Shown piece by piece: positions 28,344-37,652 of a stretch of 64,000 nucleotides of DNA. Source of the DNA: Gemmatimonadota bacterium (GTDB taxonomy: Bacteria > Gemmatimonadota > Gemmatimonadetes > Palauibacterales > Palauibacteraceae); assembly GCA_020351855.1 (NCBI GenBank), contig CP070670.1:2843274-2907273 (forward strand). Reading direction: 5' to 3'. Every line of letters begins with the position of its first letter. The first letter of the stretch is position 1. A program made the position numbers and the translations under genes. Below the pieces are notes generated by a model. The model was not told where the DNA came from, ran no database searches, and saw only the letters and a list, made by a program, of their open reading frames with translations.

Positions 28344-29620
28344 CCGGCGTCCCCCGCTCCCGACGGCGCGCCAGACGCCGGTGCGGAACCGGAGACTCCT
28401 CGGACACCCTCGGCTCCCGGCAGCGCCCGCTTCCTCGGCGGGTCGAAGAAAGGCTTCCGCACGACCCGGACGGCGGCCCTTCTCCTTCTATGTTCGACGG
28501 TCACCTCCATCTCCAGCTCGGTTCCGGGCTCGGCCCAAGCAGACCGCAGATGAGCGAGCGCGATGTAGCGCTTGAGGATCGGTGACCAGCACCCGCTCGT
28601 GGCGTAGCCGACCTGCTCGCCCTTCGAATATACGGGCACGGAGACGCGCCAGGCCGTGAGGGGGAGAGCCGGGGGCAGGCCCAGCTCCGCGTAGAGTCCC
28701 TCGATGGAATCCCACGCGACCTCCAGCCCCGTGAAGCGCCAGGCCGGCCCTCTCGCCTCCTCCGCGACCAGGGCCTGGCGACCGACGAACGGGCCCTTGT
28801 CCAGCCGGACGGTCCAGCCGAGATCGAGCTCGTACGGAGAGGACTTCTGCTGCTCGATGAGCGCCTTGTTGGAGGGGATGTAGTCCACATCGATCAGGGG
28901 AAGCCCGGCTTCGATCCTGGCGACGTCGAGCGCCAGCATGCCCGCCGGGAGCAAACCGTACCCCGCTCCGGCATCGGTCAGGCGGTCCCACAGGGGAATC
29001 GCCTGGTCGGGCTCGACCCACAGCTCGTAGCCCAGGTCGCCGGTGTAGCCGGTGCGGGTGATCGTGGTCGGGATGCCGGCGACCAGGGCGTGCGTCAGGC
29101 GGAAGAACCTCAGGTCGGCGAGGGAAGCATCCGACAGCCGCTGCAGGATCTCGCGCGAGGCAGGGCCCTGCAACGCCAGGGCCGCGAGCGATTCGCTGAT
29201 GTCCCCGATCGTCACGGCGAGACCTGCGGCCACGTCCTGGAGCCAGCGCAGGTTCGGCTCCCCGGACGTCAGCCGGAAAGCGTCGGGATCGAGCCGTGCG
29301 ACCGTGCCGTCGTCGATCACCTTTCCAGCGTCGTCGCACCAGGGCGTGTAGAGCACCTGGTGCACGGCGCATCGCTCGACATCGCGCGGGATCAGCCGGT
29401 TCAGGAAGCGCTCCGCGTCGGGGCCCGTCACCTGGTACTTGTACAGCGGGGAGACATCGATCAGGGCAGCCGTCGTCCGGATCGCGAAGTACTCGCGCTC
29501 GTGCAGAAGCTCGTAGGAGCCGGCCACGACGTAGCCGGCCCAACGGCGCCAGTTCTGCGCCTGGCAGAGCTGCGAGGTTCGAGGGTGGAGTGGCGTGCCG
29601 CGGAGCAGTGGCGCCTCCAT
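28340..29620 (-). CDS. Aminomethyltransferase (GcvT / glycine cleavage T) family protein
   Basis: LRGTPLHPRT...YTGDLGYELWV pattern typical of GcvT-family folate-binding proteins. The start is ATG 29620, with ATG 29635 as an alternative. Confidence 0.7.
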   Translation of the reverse strand: MEAPLLRGTPLHPRTSQLCQAQNWRRWAGYVVAGSYELLHEREYFAIRTTAALIDVSPLYKYQVTGPDAERFLNRLIPRDVERCAVHQVLYTPWCDDAGKVIDDGTVARLDPDAFRLTSGEPNLRWLQDVAAGLAVTIGDISESLAALALQGPASREILQRLSDASLADLRFFRLTHALVAGIPTTITRTGYTGDLGYELWVEPDQAIPLWDRLTDAGAGYGLLPAGMLALDVARIEAGLPLIDVDYIPSNKALIEQQKSSPYELDLGWTVRLDKGPFVGRQALVAEEARGPAWRFTGLEVAWDSIEGLYAELGLPPALPLTAWRVSVPVYSKGEQVGYATSGCWSPILKRYIALAHLRSAWAEPGTELEMEVTVEHRRRRAAVRVVRKPFFDPPRKRALPGAEGVRGVSGSAPASGAPSGAGDAG

Positions 29621-29815
29621 TCTCTTGAGGCACATCGGCCCGACCCTTCTGAGATGGGGGCCTTCCACGACGGAGGCAAGGGCGGCCGCCGGACCGTGAC
29701 ACGGCTTGCCGGGCACGGCCCTCCCGGACCATACTCCGCGTTCGCGTGACTTCTGGTTCCTCGCCGGAACGGCAGGCCCCTGCCGGCCGCCGCGGTCCGA
29801 TACGCTGCAGGAGGC

Positions 29816-31903
29816 ATGCTGATGCTGAGACCCGCCTGGATCGTCGTTATGACCGTCGTCGCCATGGCACTCCTCGGGTGCGCCGATGCCGACCGGGAGA
29901 CCGCTACCCTGGTCGACGCCGCCGCGCTCGCCGAACAGGGCAGCGGGGATAACTGGCTGGCGTACGGACGCAACTTCAGCGAGCAGCGCTACAGTCCGCT
30001 GGCGCAGGTGAACGAGGAAAACGTGTCGGGACTCGGCGTCGCCTGGTTCGTGGATCTGCCGAACGACCGCTCACTGGTGGGGACCCCGCTCGTCGTCGAC
30101 GGCGTCCTCTACTACGAGGGAAGCTACAACGTGCTCCGCGCCGTGGACGCCACCACTGGAGAGCTGCGGTGGGAGCACGACCCGCAGGTGATCGAGACGG
30201 CCGGCGACCGACTGCGGCTCTTCTGGGACTACAGCCGCGGGATCGCCTTCTGGAAGGGCGCGGTCTACCAGGCGACCATGGACGGCCGGCTGATCGCGGT
30301 GGACGCGCGCGACGGGAGCGTGCTGTGGAGCCAGATGACGGTAGATCCGGAGCTCCCGCTCGTGATCACGGGCGTTCCCAAGGTCTTCAAGGACAAGGTG
30401 ATCATCGGGAACGGCGGGACCGAGTTCGGACCCATCCGCGGCTACGTGACGGCTTATGACGCGGCCACGGGAGAGCAGGCATGGCGCTGGTACACCGTGC
30501 CGGGCAATCCGGCGGACGGCTTCGAGAACGAGGCGATGGCGATGGCCGCCGAGACCTGGACGGGCGAATGGTGGAAGTACGGGGGCGGAGGGACGGTGTG
30601 GAACGGAATCACCTACGACCCCGAGTTCGACGTCGTGTATCTCGGCACGGGGAACGGGGCACCGTGGAACCGGAGGATCCGCAGCCCCGACGGGGGAGAC
30701 AACCTCTTCCTCTGCTCGATCGTGGCCCTCGACGCCGAAACGGGCGAATACCGCTGGCACTATCAGACGACGCCCGGCGAGGCATGGGACTACAACTCCA
30801 ACATGGACATCGTCCTCGCCGATCTACCGATCGGCGGCCGGCAGGTGAAGGCACTCCTCCACGCCCCCAAGAACGGCTTCTTCTACGTGATCGATCGCGA
30901 GACCGGCCGGCTCATCTCGGGCGAGCCTTACGCGCGCACGACCTGGGCATCGGCAATCGACCCGGGGACGGGGCGGCCCGTCGAGGTCCCCGGCGCCCGC
31001 TATGAGGAGGGAGGGGCGGAGATCTATCCGAGCCCGTGGGGCGCCCATAGCTGGCACGCCATGTCCTACAACCCCGAAACCGGTCTGGTCTACCTGCCGA
31101 CCATGGACATCGGGGCCGTGTACTCGGATTCCGGCGTCGACATCAAGACCTGGGAGTCTCCCGACTGGGCCTTTCTCGGCACCGGGGTCGAGCTTGTCCT
31201 CGACGATGCTGAGACATCCACGAGCTCCCTCAAGGCATGGGATCCGGTCGAGCAGCGGGCCGTATGGGAGGTGCCGCTCCCGGGCGTCTGGAACGCCGGG
31301 ACGCTCACGACGGCCGGCAACCTCGTCTTCCAGGGGCGCGCGGACGGCCGGCTGGTTGCCTACCGGGCGAGTGACGGCGAGGTGCTTTGGCGCTTCGACC
31401 TCGGTTCCGGCATCTCGGCCCCGCCCATCACCTACGCCGTCGACGGAAGACAGTACGTGTCGATCCTCGTCGGTTGGGGCGCGGCCATGCCGGCGCTGGG
31501 CACATCGCTTTCGGCCCAGCACGGCTGGGCTTACCGCGTGCACCCGCGCCGACTCGTCACCTTCGCCCTGGACGGCGAAGTGGAGCTGCCGGCTTCGCCG
31601 CCCCCCTTCTTCCCCCAACCGATCGACGCTCCGGACTTCGTCGTCGACTCCGCGCTGGCGGCTGCGGGAGGCGCGATCTTCGATGGCAAGTGCTCGATTT
31701 GCCACGGCTTCGGAGCCGTGTCGGGCGGCAGCGCGCCCGATCTGCGCGCATCGCCGGTCGTCCCGTCGCACGAGGCCTTTGTCGAGGTGGTGATCGGGGG
31801 GGCGCGCCGGCCGATGGGCATGCCGCAGTTCAGCGAGCTCTCCGAGATCCAGGCGGGGGCGCTCCAGCACTACATTCGCGCCCAGGTGCCGAGCAAGCCT
31901 TAG
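29816..31903 (+). CDS. PQQ-dependent quinohemoprotein alcohol dehydrogenase (8-bladed propeller plus C-terminal cytochrome c)
   Basis: Repeated W-containing PQQ propeller motifs, and a C-terminal heme site CSICHG with a downstream Met. Lipoprotein-type signal; RBS GCAGGAGG. Confidence 0.8.
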   Translation: MLMLRPAWIVVMTVVAMALLGCADADRETATLVDAAALAEQGSGDNWLAYGRNFSEQRYSPLAQVNEENVSGLGVAWFVDLPNDRSLVGTPLVVDGVLYYEGSYNVLRAVDATTGELRWEHDPQVIETAGDRLRLFWDYSRGIAFWKGAVYQATMDGRLIAVDARDGSVLWSQMTVDPELPLVITGVPKVFKDKVIIGNGGTEFGPIRGYVTAYDAATGEQAWRWYTVPGNPADGFENEAMAMAAETWTGEWWKYGGGGTVWNGITYDPEFDVVYLGTGNGAPWNRRIRSPDGGDNLFLCSIVALDAETGEYRWHYQTTPGEAWDYNSNMDIVLADLPIGGRQVKALLHAPKNGFFYVIDRETGRLISGEPYARTTWASAIDPGTGRPVEVPGARYEEGGAEIYPSPWGAHSWHAMSYNPETGLVYLPTMDIGAVYSDSGVDIKTWESPDWAFLGTGVELVLDDAETSTSSLKAWDPVEQRAVWEVPLPGVWNAGTLTTAGNLVFQGRADGRLVAYRASDGEVLWRFDLGSGISAPPITYAVDGRQYVSILVGWGAAMPALGTSLSAQHGWAYRVHPRRLVTFALDGEVELPASPPPFFPQPIDAPDFVVDSALAAAGGAIFDGKCSICHGFGAVSGGSAPDLRASPVVPSHEAFVEVVIGGARRPMGMPQFSELSEIQAGALQHYIRAQVPSKP

Positions 31904-31976
31904 GCGTTGCAGGGGCTGGAACTCCCTCCGGGCACGCCCGCGACCGGCCCGCGGCGCTCGCGATCGAATACGACGG

Positions 31977-32114
31977 ATGCGACTGATCCGGCTGGTCGAG
32001 GCCTGGCAGCGGATCGCGGAGAGTCCGGGACGAAAGCAGAAGACGGAAGTGCTGGCCGGCCTCCTCCGTGAGCTGACGCCCCAGGAGGTAGGGATCGGCG
32101 TGGCCTACCTGTAG
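31977..32114 (+). pseudogene. N-terminal 45 codons of the ATP-dependent DNA ligase, separated from the main ORF by an in-frame TAG (32112-32114)
   Basis: MRLIRLVEAWQRIAESPGRKQKTEVLAGLLRELTPQEVGIGVAYL matches the ligase N-terminus. In the same frame, the sequence after the TAG continues GVLPQGRAGIG. Confidence 0.55.
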
Positions 32115-32117
32115 GGC

Positions 32118-33521
32118 GTGCTCCCACAGGGTCGGGCGGGCATCGGGCCGTCGGCCGTCGCCCGGGCCGAACCGCAGGGATCCGCAGGCACGGCTGCGCT
32201 CACGCTGCGTGAGGTGGACCTCGCCTTCCAGCGGATGGCGGACGCCGGCGGGCCCGGCTCCACGAAGGCACGGATCGGATACCTGCGCGAGCTGCTCGAA
32301 CGCGCGACGGAGGCCGAGCAGAGCTTCCTTCGCAGGCTCGTGTTCGGCGAGCTGCGGCAGGGGGCACAAGCCGGCCTGATGCTGGTGGCCGTGGCCAAGG
32401 CCGCCGGCCTTCCTGGCACCAAGGTCCGGCGTGCCGCGATGCTGACCGGCGATGCCGGCGCGGTCGCGCGGGCGGCCCTGGCGGGAGGCGCGGAGGCGCT
32501 GGAGAAGCTGGACCTGAAGCTGTTTCGGCCTGTCCAGCCCATGCTGGCACAGAGCGCCGACGACGTCGGGGAAGCACTCGGCCACCTCGAGCGGGCGGTC
32601 TTCGAGCCGAAGCTGGACGGGGCCCGCATACAGCTGCACAAGTCGGGAAACGAGGTGCGCGTCTTCACCCGCCGGCTGAACGATGTGACGGCTTCCCTTC
32701 CCGAGGTGGTCGAAGCGGCCCGGAGTCTCCCGGTTCGCGATGCGATCCTGGACGGCGAGGCGATCGCGCTCCGCACCGACGGGACCCCTCGTTCCTTCCA
32801 GGTCACGATGAGCCGTTTCGGAAGCCGGCTGGACGTTTCGCGGATGCGGGACGACACGCCCTTGAGCCCCTTCTTCTTCGATTGTCTCTATCTGGATGGA
32901 TCCAGCCTCGTCGACGAACCGGCGGAGGCGCGCCTGGCGGCGTTGCGCGAGACGCTGCCCGGCGATCTCCTCCTGGAGCGGGTGGTCACGGAGGAGGTGC
33001 GCGAGGCGGCATCCTTCCTCGAGCGCGCGATTCGAATGGGACACGAGGGCGTGATGGCGAAGAGGCTCGACGCCCCGTACGCAGCCGGTGCGCGCGGACG
33101 TGCCTGGCTCAAGATCAAGCCTGCCCATATCCTGGACCTCGTCGTGCTGGCGGCCGAGTGGGGGCACGGGCGTCGGCGCGGCTGGCTGAGCAACCTGCAT
33201 CTGGGCGCCCGGGACACGGAAGGCGGCGGCTTCGTCATGCTCGGAAAGACGTTCAAGGGCCTGACGGACGCGATGCTCGCCTGGCAAACCGATCGGCTGC
33301 TCGGGCTGGAGACGGGGCGCACCGCCGGGACCGTCCGCGTACGGCCGGAGCTCGTGGTGGAGATCGCCTTCAACGACATCCAGGTCAGCCCCCGATACCC
33401 CGGCGGACTGGCGCTCCGGTTCGCCCGCGTGAAACGCTACCGGGCGGACAAGCGCGCCAGCGAGGCGGACACGATCGAGACGGTCCGCGCGCTTCACGAC
33501 ATGCGAAGCCGCCAGGACTGA
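32118..33521 (+). CDS. ATP-dependent DNA ligase (LigB-like: DNA-binding, adenylation and OB domains)
   Basis: KxDG active-site motif FEPKLDGARIQLHK, EGVMAKRLDAPYAAGARGRAWLKIK motif. Overall resembles mycobacterial LigB. Confidence 0.8.
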   Translation: MLPQGRAGIGPSAVARAEPQGSAGTAALTLREVDLAFQRMADAGGPGSTKARIGYLRELLERATEAEQSFLRRLVFGELRQGAQAGLMLVAVAKAAGLPGTKVRRAAMLTGDAGAVARAALAGGAEALEKLDLKLFRPVQPMLAQSADDVGEALGHLERAVFEPKLDGARIQLHKSGNEVRVFTRRLNDVTASLPEVVEAARSLPVRDAILDGEAIALRTDGTPRSFQVTMSRFGSRLDVSRMRDDTPLSPFFFDCLYLDGSSLVDEPAEARLAALRETLPGDLLLERVVTEEVREAASFLERAIRMGHEGVMAKRLDAPYAAGARGRAWLKIKPAHILDLVVLAAEWGHGRRRGWLSNLHLGARDTEGGGFVMLGKTFKGLTDAMLAWQTDRLLGLETGRTAGTVRVRPELVVEIAFNDIQVSPRYPGGLALRFARVKRYRADKRASEADTIETVRALHDMRSRQD

Positions 33522-33613
33522 AGAGCCGGCCGCCAGCATGGCGGTCCCGAGCGAGCCGGCCGCCAGCGGGCCGCTCAGAACACGTGAGGACGCATCCAGC
33601 GCCGGAGGTCACG

Positions 33614-34462
33614 ATGAACCACACGCTCGGACTCGCCGCGACCCTGCTGCTCTTCGGGGCCGCCGGGCTCGGCACGCTCGGTCGCGCCGAAGCCCAGGAG
33701 ACGCCCTCGTACCCCGCGGACGGCGAGCGGGCCCTCTCGCGGCTGGCCCAATCCCCCCGACACGGAGAGTGGGTCGAGCTCGACGCCGGCGGCGCCGACA
33801 CGGTGACGGCCTGGGTCGTGTATCCGGAGCGGAGCGACCGGGCGCCGGTCGTGATCGTCATCCACGAGATCCTCGGCCTCACGGACTGGATCCGCGCGGT
33901 CGCCGACCAGCTCGCGGCCGACGGGTTCATCGCGATCGCTCCCGATCTGTTGAGCGGAAAGGGCTACGCCGGCGGAGGCACCGACTCCTTCTCCCCCGAG
34001 GACGCCCGAAAGGCGATCCGGGACCTCGACCGCGAGGAGGTGAACCGGAGGCTGGAGGCGACGGGCTCGTTCGCGATGGGGCTGCCGGCCGCCACGCGGA
34101 AGGTCGGGTCCATCGGCTTCTGCTGGGGCGGCTCCACCAGCTTTTTCCTCGCCACCGCCTGGCCCGACCTGGATGCGGCCGTCGTCTACTACGGCTCCTC
34201 TCCCTCCACGGAGGCACTGGCGGCCGTGGGGGCGCCGGTCCTGGGCCTCTACGGCGGGGACGATGCGCGCGTCAACGCGACGATCGATCCCGCCCAGGAT
34301 GAGATGAAGCGGCTGGGCAAGGCCTACGAGCCCCTGATCTTCGACGGAGCCGGCCACGGCTTCCTGCGGCAACAGGGCGGCCGGGATGGCATGAACCTGC
34401 GTGCCACGGAGCAGGCATGGCCGCGCACTGTGGAATTCCTTCGTGCCACGCTGGAGAATTAG
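33614..34462 (+). CDS. Dienelactone hydrolase family protein (secreted)
   Basis: Signal peptide, VVIVIHEILGLTDW, GFCWGG nucleophile-elbow-like region, DGAGHGF. RBS GGAGGT. Confidence 0.75.
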   Translation: MNHTLGLAATLLLFGAAGLGTLGRAEAQETPSYPADGERALSRLAQSPRHGEWVELDAGGADTVTAWVVYPERSDRAPVVIVIHEILGLTDWIRAVADQLAADGFIAIAPDLLSGKGYAGGGTDSFSPEDARKAIRDLDREEVNRRLEATGSFAMGLPAATRKVGSIGFCWGGSTSFFLATAWPDLDAAVVYYGSSPSTEALAAVGAPVLGLYGGDDARVNATIDPAQDEMKRLGKAYEPLIFDGAGHGFLRQQGGRDGMNLRATEQAWPRTVEFLRATLEN

Positions 34463-34466
34463 GACC

Positions 34467-35801
34467 ATGCGCGAACTGACTCGCTGCTGCGCGATTCTGG
34501 TCGTGGTGGCCGCGGCATTGTGGACCCCGGTCGGCATCCAGCCGCCCCGGGCCGCGGCCGCCGGTCCCGGTGCGACCGCTACCGCCGTCCCTGCCCCCGC
34601 CGCCATGGCGCCGGCGCAGGGGCTCGACCCCGAGGAGGCGACGGAAGCCTACCTGGCGACCCTCGACGCGGAGACGCGGGCGAGGTCGAAGGCGTATACC
34701 GAGGGAGGCTACTGGCTGGGCCTTATCGCTCTGGCGTACGGTATCGCCGTCGCCTTCTTCCTGCTGAACACGGGGCTCTCGCACCGGATGCGGGACCTGG
34801 CCGAGCGCCTATCGAAGCGAAAGCCCCTCCAGACGGCGCTTTACGGGGTCCAGTACGTCCTCATCAGCACCCTTCTCCTCCTCCCGCTCTCGGTGTACTC
34901 GGAGTTCATCCGGGAGCACCGGTACGGCTTCTCCACCCAGGGCCTCGGCGGCTACATCTCCGATCGGGCGATCACGCTCCTCATTTCAATCGCCCTGCTG
35001 AGCGTTCTGCTCGTGGTCCTGTACGGGGTGATCCGACGAGCCCCCCGCACCTGGTGGATCTGGGGCGCCGGGGCCAGCCTGGGCTTCCTCGCCATCCTCA
35101 CCTTCATCTCGCCCGTCTACCTTGCCCCGCTGTTCAACCGATACCGGCCGCTGGACGAGGGACCGCTGAAGGACCGCATCCTGGCGATGGCGCGCGCCAA
35201 CGGCGTGCCGGCCGACGAGGTGTACCAGTATGACGCATCGAAGCGAACCACCAAGATCAGCGCCAACGTATCGGGATTCCTCGGCACGACGCGCATCTCG
35301 CTGAACGACAACCTCCTCGAGCGCGGCACCGACGAGGAGATCGAGGCCGTCATGGCGCACGAGATCGGTCACTTCGCGATGCGCGCCGCCTCGGAGTACT
35401 TCGTCTTCTTCGCCGTCGTTCTGGTGGCCGGCTTCGCCTTCGTTCGCTGGGGGTTCGACCGCGCTTTGGACCGCTGGGGCTCCGGCTGGAGCGTGAGAAA
35501 CGTGGGCGACGTGGCCGGCCTGCCGCTCTTCCTCGTCCTGTTCTCGATTTATGCCGCGGCGATCACGCCGGTCACCAACGGCTTCATACGGGCGAACGAG
35601 GTCGAGGCGGACCTCTACGGGCTCAACGCGGCCCGCCGGCCGGACGGGTTCTCGACGATCATCCTCAAGCTGGGGGAGTACCGGAAGGTGGATCCGGGCC
35701 CGCTGGAAGAATGGCTTTTCTACGACCACCCGAGCGCCAGGAATCGGATCTTCATGGCGATGCGCTGGAAGGCGGAGCAGGCGTCAGGAGGCATCGACTA
35801 G
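34467..35801 (+). CDS. M48 family (Ste24/HtpX-like) zinc metalloprotease, membrane-embedded
   Basis: HEIGH zinc motif (VMAHEIGHFAM), multiple TM helices, C-terminal EVEADLYG. Confidence 0.8.
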   Translation: MRELTRCCAILVVVAAALWTPVGIQPPRAAAAGPGATATAVPAPAAMAPAQGLDPEEATEAYLATLDAETRARSKAYTEGGYWLGLIALAYGIAVAFFLLNTGLSHRMRDLAERLSKRKPLQTALYGVQYVLISTLLLLPLSVYSEFIREHRYGFSTQGLGGYISDRAITLLISIALLSVLLVVLYGVIRRAPRTWWIWGAGASLGFLAILTFISPVYLAPLFNRYRPLDEGPLKDRILAMARANGVPADEVYQYDASKRTTKISANVSGFLGTTRISLNDNLLERGTDEEIEAVMAHEIGHFAMRAASEYFVFFAVVLVAGFAFVRWGFDRALDRWGSGWSVRNVGDVAGLPLFLVLFSIYAAAITPVTNGFIRANEVEADLYGLNAARRPDGFSTIILKLGEYRKVDPGPLEEWLFYDHPSARNRIFMAMRWKAEQASGGID

Positions 35802-35822
35802 CTGGCACGCCCGGCGGCGCGG

Positions 35823-37616
35823 CTATCGGCCGAACAGCGTCAGGAGACCCGTCGTCAGCAACGGAATGTAGGTGATGAGGAGCACCCCGACGCCCAGGAT
35901 GAGGAGAAACGGCACGGCGGCGCGGTAAAGCTCCAGGAGTGGCCGCTCGAAGCGGTAGGAGGCGAGAAACAGGTTCAGTCCGACGGGCGGCGTGAGGTAG
36001 CCGAGCTCCAGGTTGGCCACGAAGATGATCCCGAGGTGAATGGGGTGGACGCCGAACGCCAAGCCCAGGGGCACGATGAGCGGCACGATGACGACGGTTG
36101 CCGAGAAGATGTCCATCACCGCGCCGACCAGCAGGAGGAAGATGTTCAGGCAGAGGAGGAAGACGATCCGGGAATCGATATGGCTCTGTACCCACTCCAG
36201 GGCCCGGGCCGGGATCATCGCATCCACCATGTAGCTGCTGAAGCCCATCGCCATCCCCAGAATCAGCAGCACGCCCCCGATCAGAACGAGGCACTGGCGG
36301 AACACCCGGGCCAGATCCGTGCCCAAAGACACGTCGCGGTGCACGAAGCACTGGATGACGAAAGCGTAGAGAGCGGCGAGCGCCGCCGCCTCGACCAGCG
36401 TGGCGATCCCCCGGAAGATCACGAACAGGACGAGAACGGGAAGGAACACCTCCCACTTGGCCCCCCACAGGGCCTCGAGCAACGCTCGAGCGTCGAATGG
36501 CCGGCGTTCCACCCTGCTCCTCAACCCCTCCCGCACCCCCCAGGCCGCCACCAAGGACACGAGCAGGAGTCCCGGGATGATCCCGCCGATGAAGAGGTCC
36601 TCGATCGGCACGCTGGCGACGATGCCGTACAGGATCAGGGGCAGCGCCGGGGGCAGTAGAAGGCCCAGTGAGCCCGACGCGGTGAGGAGGCCGAGAGAGA
36701 AGCGATCACGATAACGATCCTGCTGGAGCACCTGGAAGAGGAGCGCCCCAAGGGCAAGGATCGTGACGCCAGAACCGCCGGTGAACACGGTGAAGAAGCC
36801 GCATACGAAGGCACACACGACGGCGGTTCCGCCGGGCACCCAGCCAACGGCCGCGTGAAACAGGTTGAGCAGTCTGGAGGAGGCCTGGCCTTCGGCGAGG
36901 AAAAAGCCCACGAGGGTGAAGAGCGGGATCGCTGCCAGGGTGGGATTCACCGACAGGCTGTAGGTCTCGATCAGCACGGCCACGGGCGGAACGCCCTCCG
37001 ACATGAAGAGCAGCGCGGCGATCCCGCCGAGCGCGGCGAAGATCGGCCCGCCCAGCAGCGTGGCCGCCAGTACCAGCAAGACGCCGGGCCAGCTCGGTCG
37101 CGCATACAGCAGTGCCGGGAACTGTGCCAGCACGAGGCCGATGACGGCGCCGACGATCGCCACGGACCGCCCTCGCCAGCCATCGGCCGATCGCCAGATG
37201 AGCCTCAGACAGATCAGGAGAAAGGCGACCGGCATCACGGTCTGGGCCAGCCAGACGGATAGGCCCCGCGTGATCATCGTGCCGGCGGCTGCCTCCTCGA
37301 GCACGAGGTCGATGCCTGACCTGAGGAAGAGCGCGCACACTCCCGCCGCGACCGCCGACGCCAGCCGTCGGCCGGCCGTCCGGAGCGTCCCTTCCGGAAG
37401 CAGCTGCCCGGTGGCGAGGGAGAGGAGGCGTCCATCGCGGGCGGCCAGAGCGGCACCCAGGAAGGCCACCCAGAGCGTGAGGTGGCGCTCGACGGAGATC
37501 GCACCGGGGATCCCGGTGCCCAACTTTCGCAGGGGGACCTCGAGCAGGGGAATGATGACCATCGCGGCGAGCGCGAGGCTGGCCACCACCTCTTCGGTCC
37601 GACGCAGAACTCTCAC
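35823..37616 (-). CDS. TRAP transporter fused small/large permease (TatQM / DctQM-type)
   Basis: 597 aa. An N-terminal 4-TM DctQ-like module is followed by a 12-TM DctM-like module. GTG start with a GAGGG RBS. Confidence 0.8.
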   Translation of the reverse strand: MRVLRRTEEVVASLALAAMVIIPLLEVPLRKLGTGIPGAISVERHLTLWVAFLGAALAARDGRLLSLATGQLLPEGTLRTAGRRLASAVAAGVCALFLRSGIDLVLEEAAAGTMITRGLSVWLAQTVMPVAFLLICLRLIWRSADGWRGRSVAIVGAVIGLVLAQFPALLYARPSWPGVLLVLAATLLGGPIFAALGGIAALLFMSEGVPPVAVLIETYSLSVNPTLAAIPLFTLVGFFLAEGQASSRLLNLFHAAVGWVPGGTAVVCAFVCGFFTVFTGGSGVTILALGALLFQVLQQDRYRDRFSLGLLTASGSLGLLLPPALPLILYGIVASVPIEDLFIGGIIPGLLLVSLVAAWGVREGLRSRVERRPFDARALLEALWGAKWEVFLPVLVLFVIFRGIATLVEAAALAALYAFVIQCFVHRDVSLGTDLARVFRQCLVLIGGVLLILGMAMGFSSYMVDAMIPARALEWVQSHIDSRIVFLLCLNIFLLLVGAVMDIFSATVVIVPLIVPLGLAFGVHPIHLGIIFVANLELGYLTPPVGLNLFLASYRFERPLLELYRAAVPFLLILGVGVLLITYIPLLTTGLLTLFGR

Positions 37617-37652
37617 CTTCGAACCCTCACGTCCGTCTGCCGCGCTCGAGGA

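Noticed and set aside
29621-29815. Glycine riboswitch upstream of the GcvT-family gene
   Set aside because: No ACCGAAGG / GGAGAG tandem aptamer cores on either strand.
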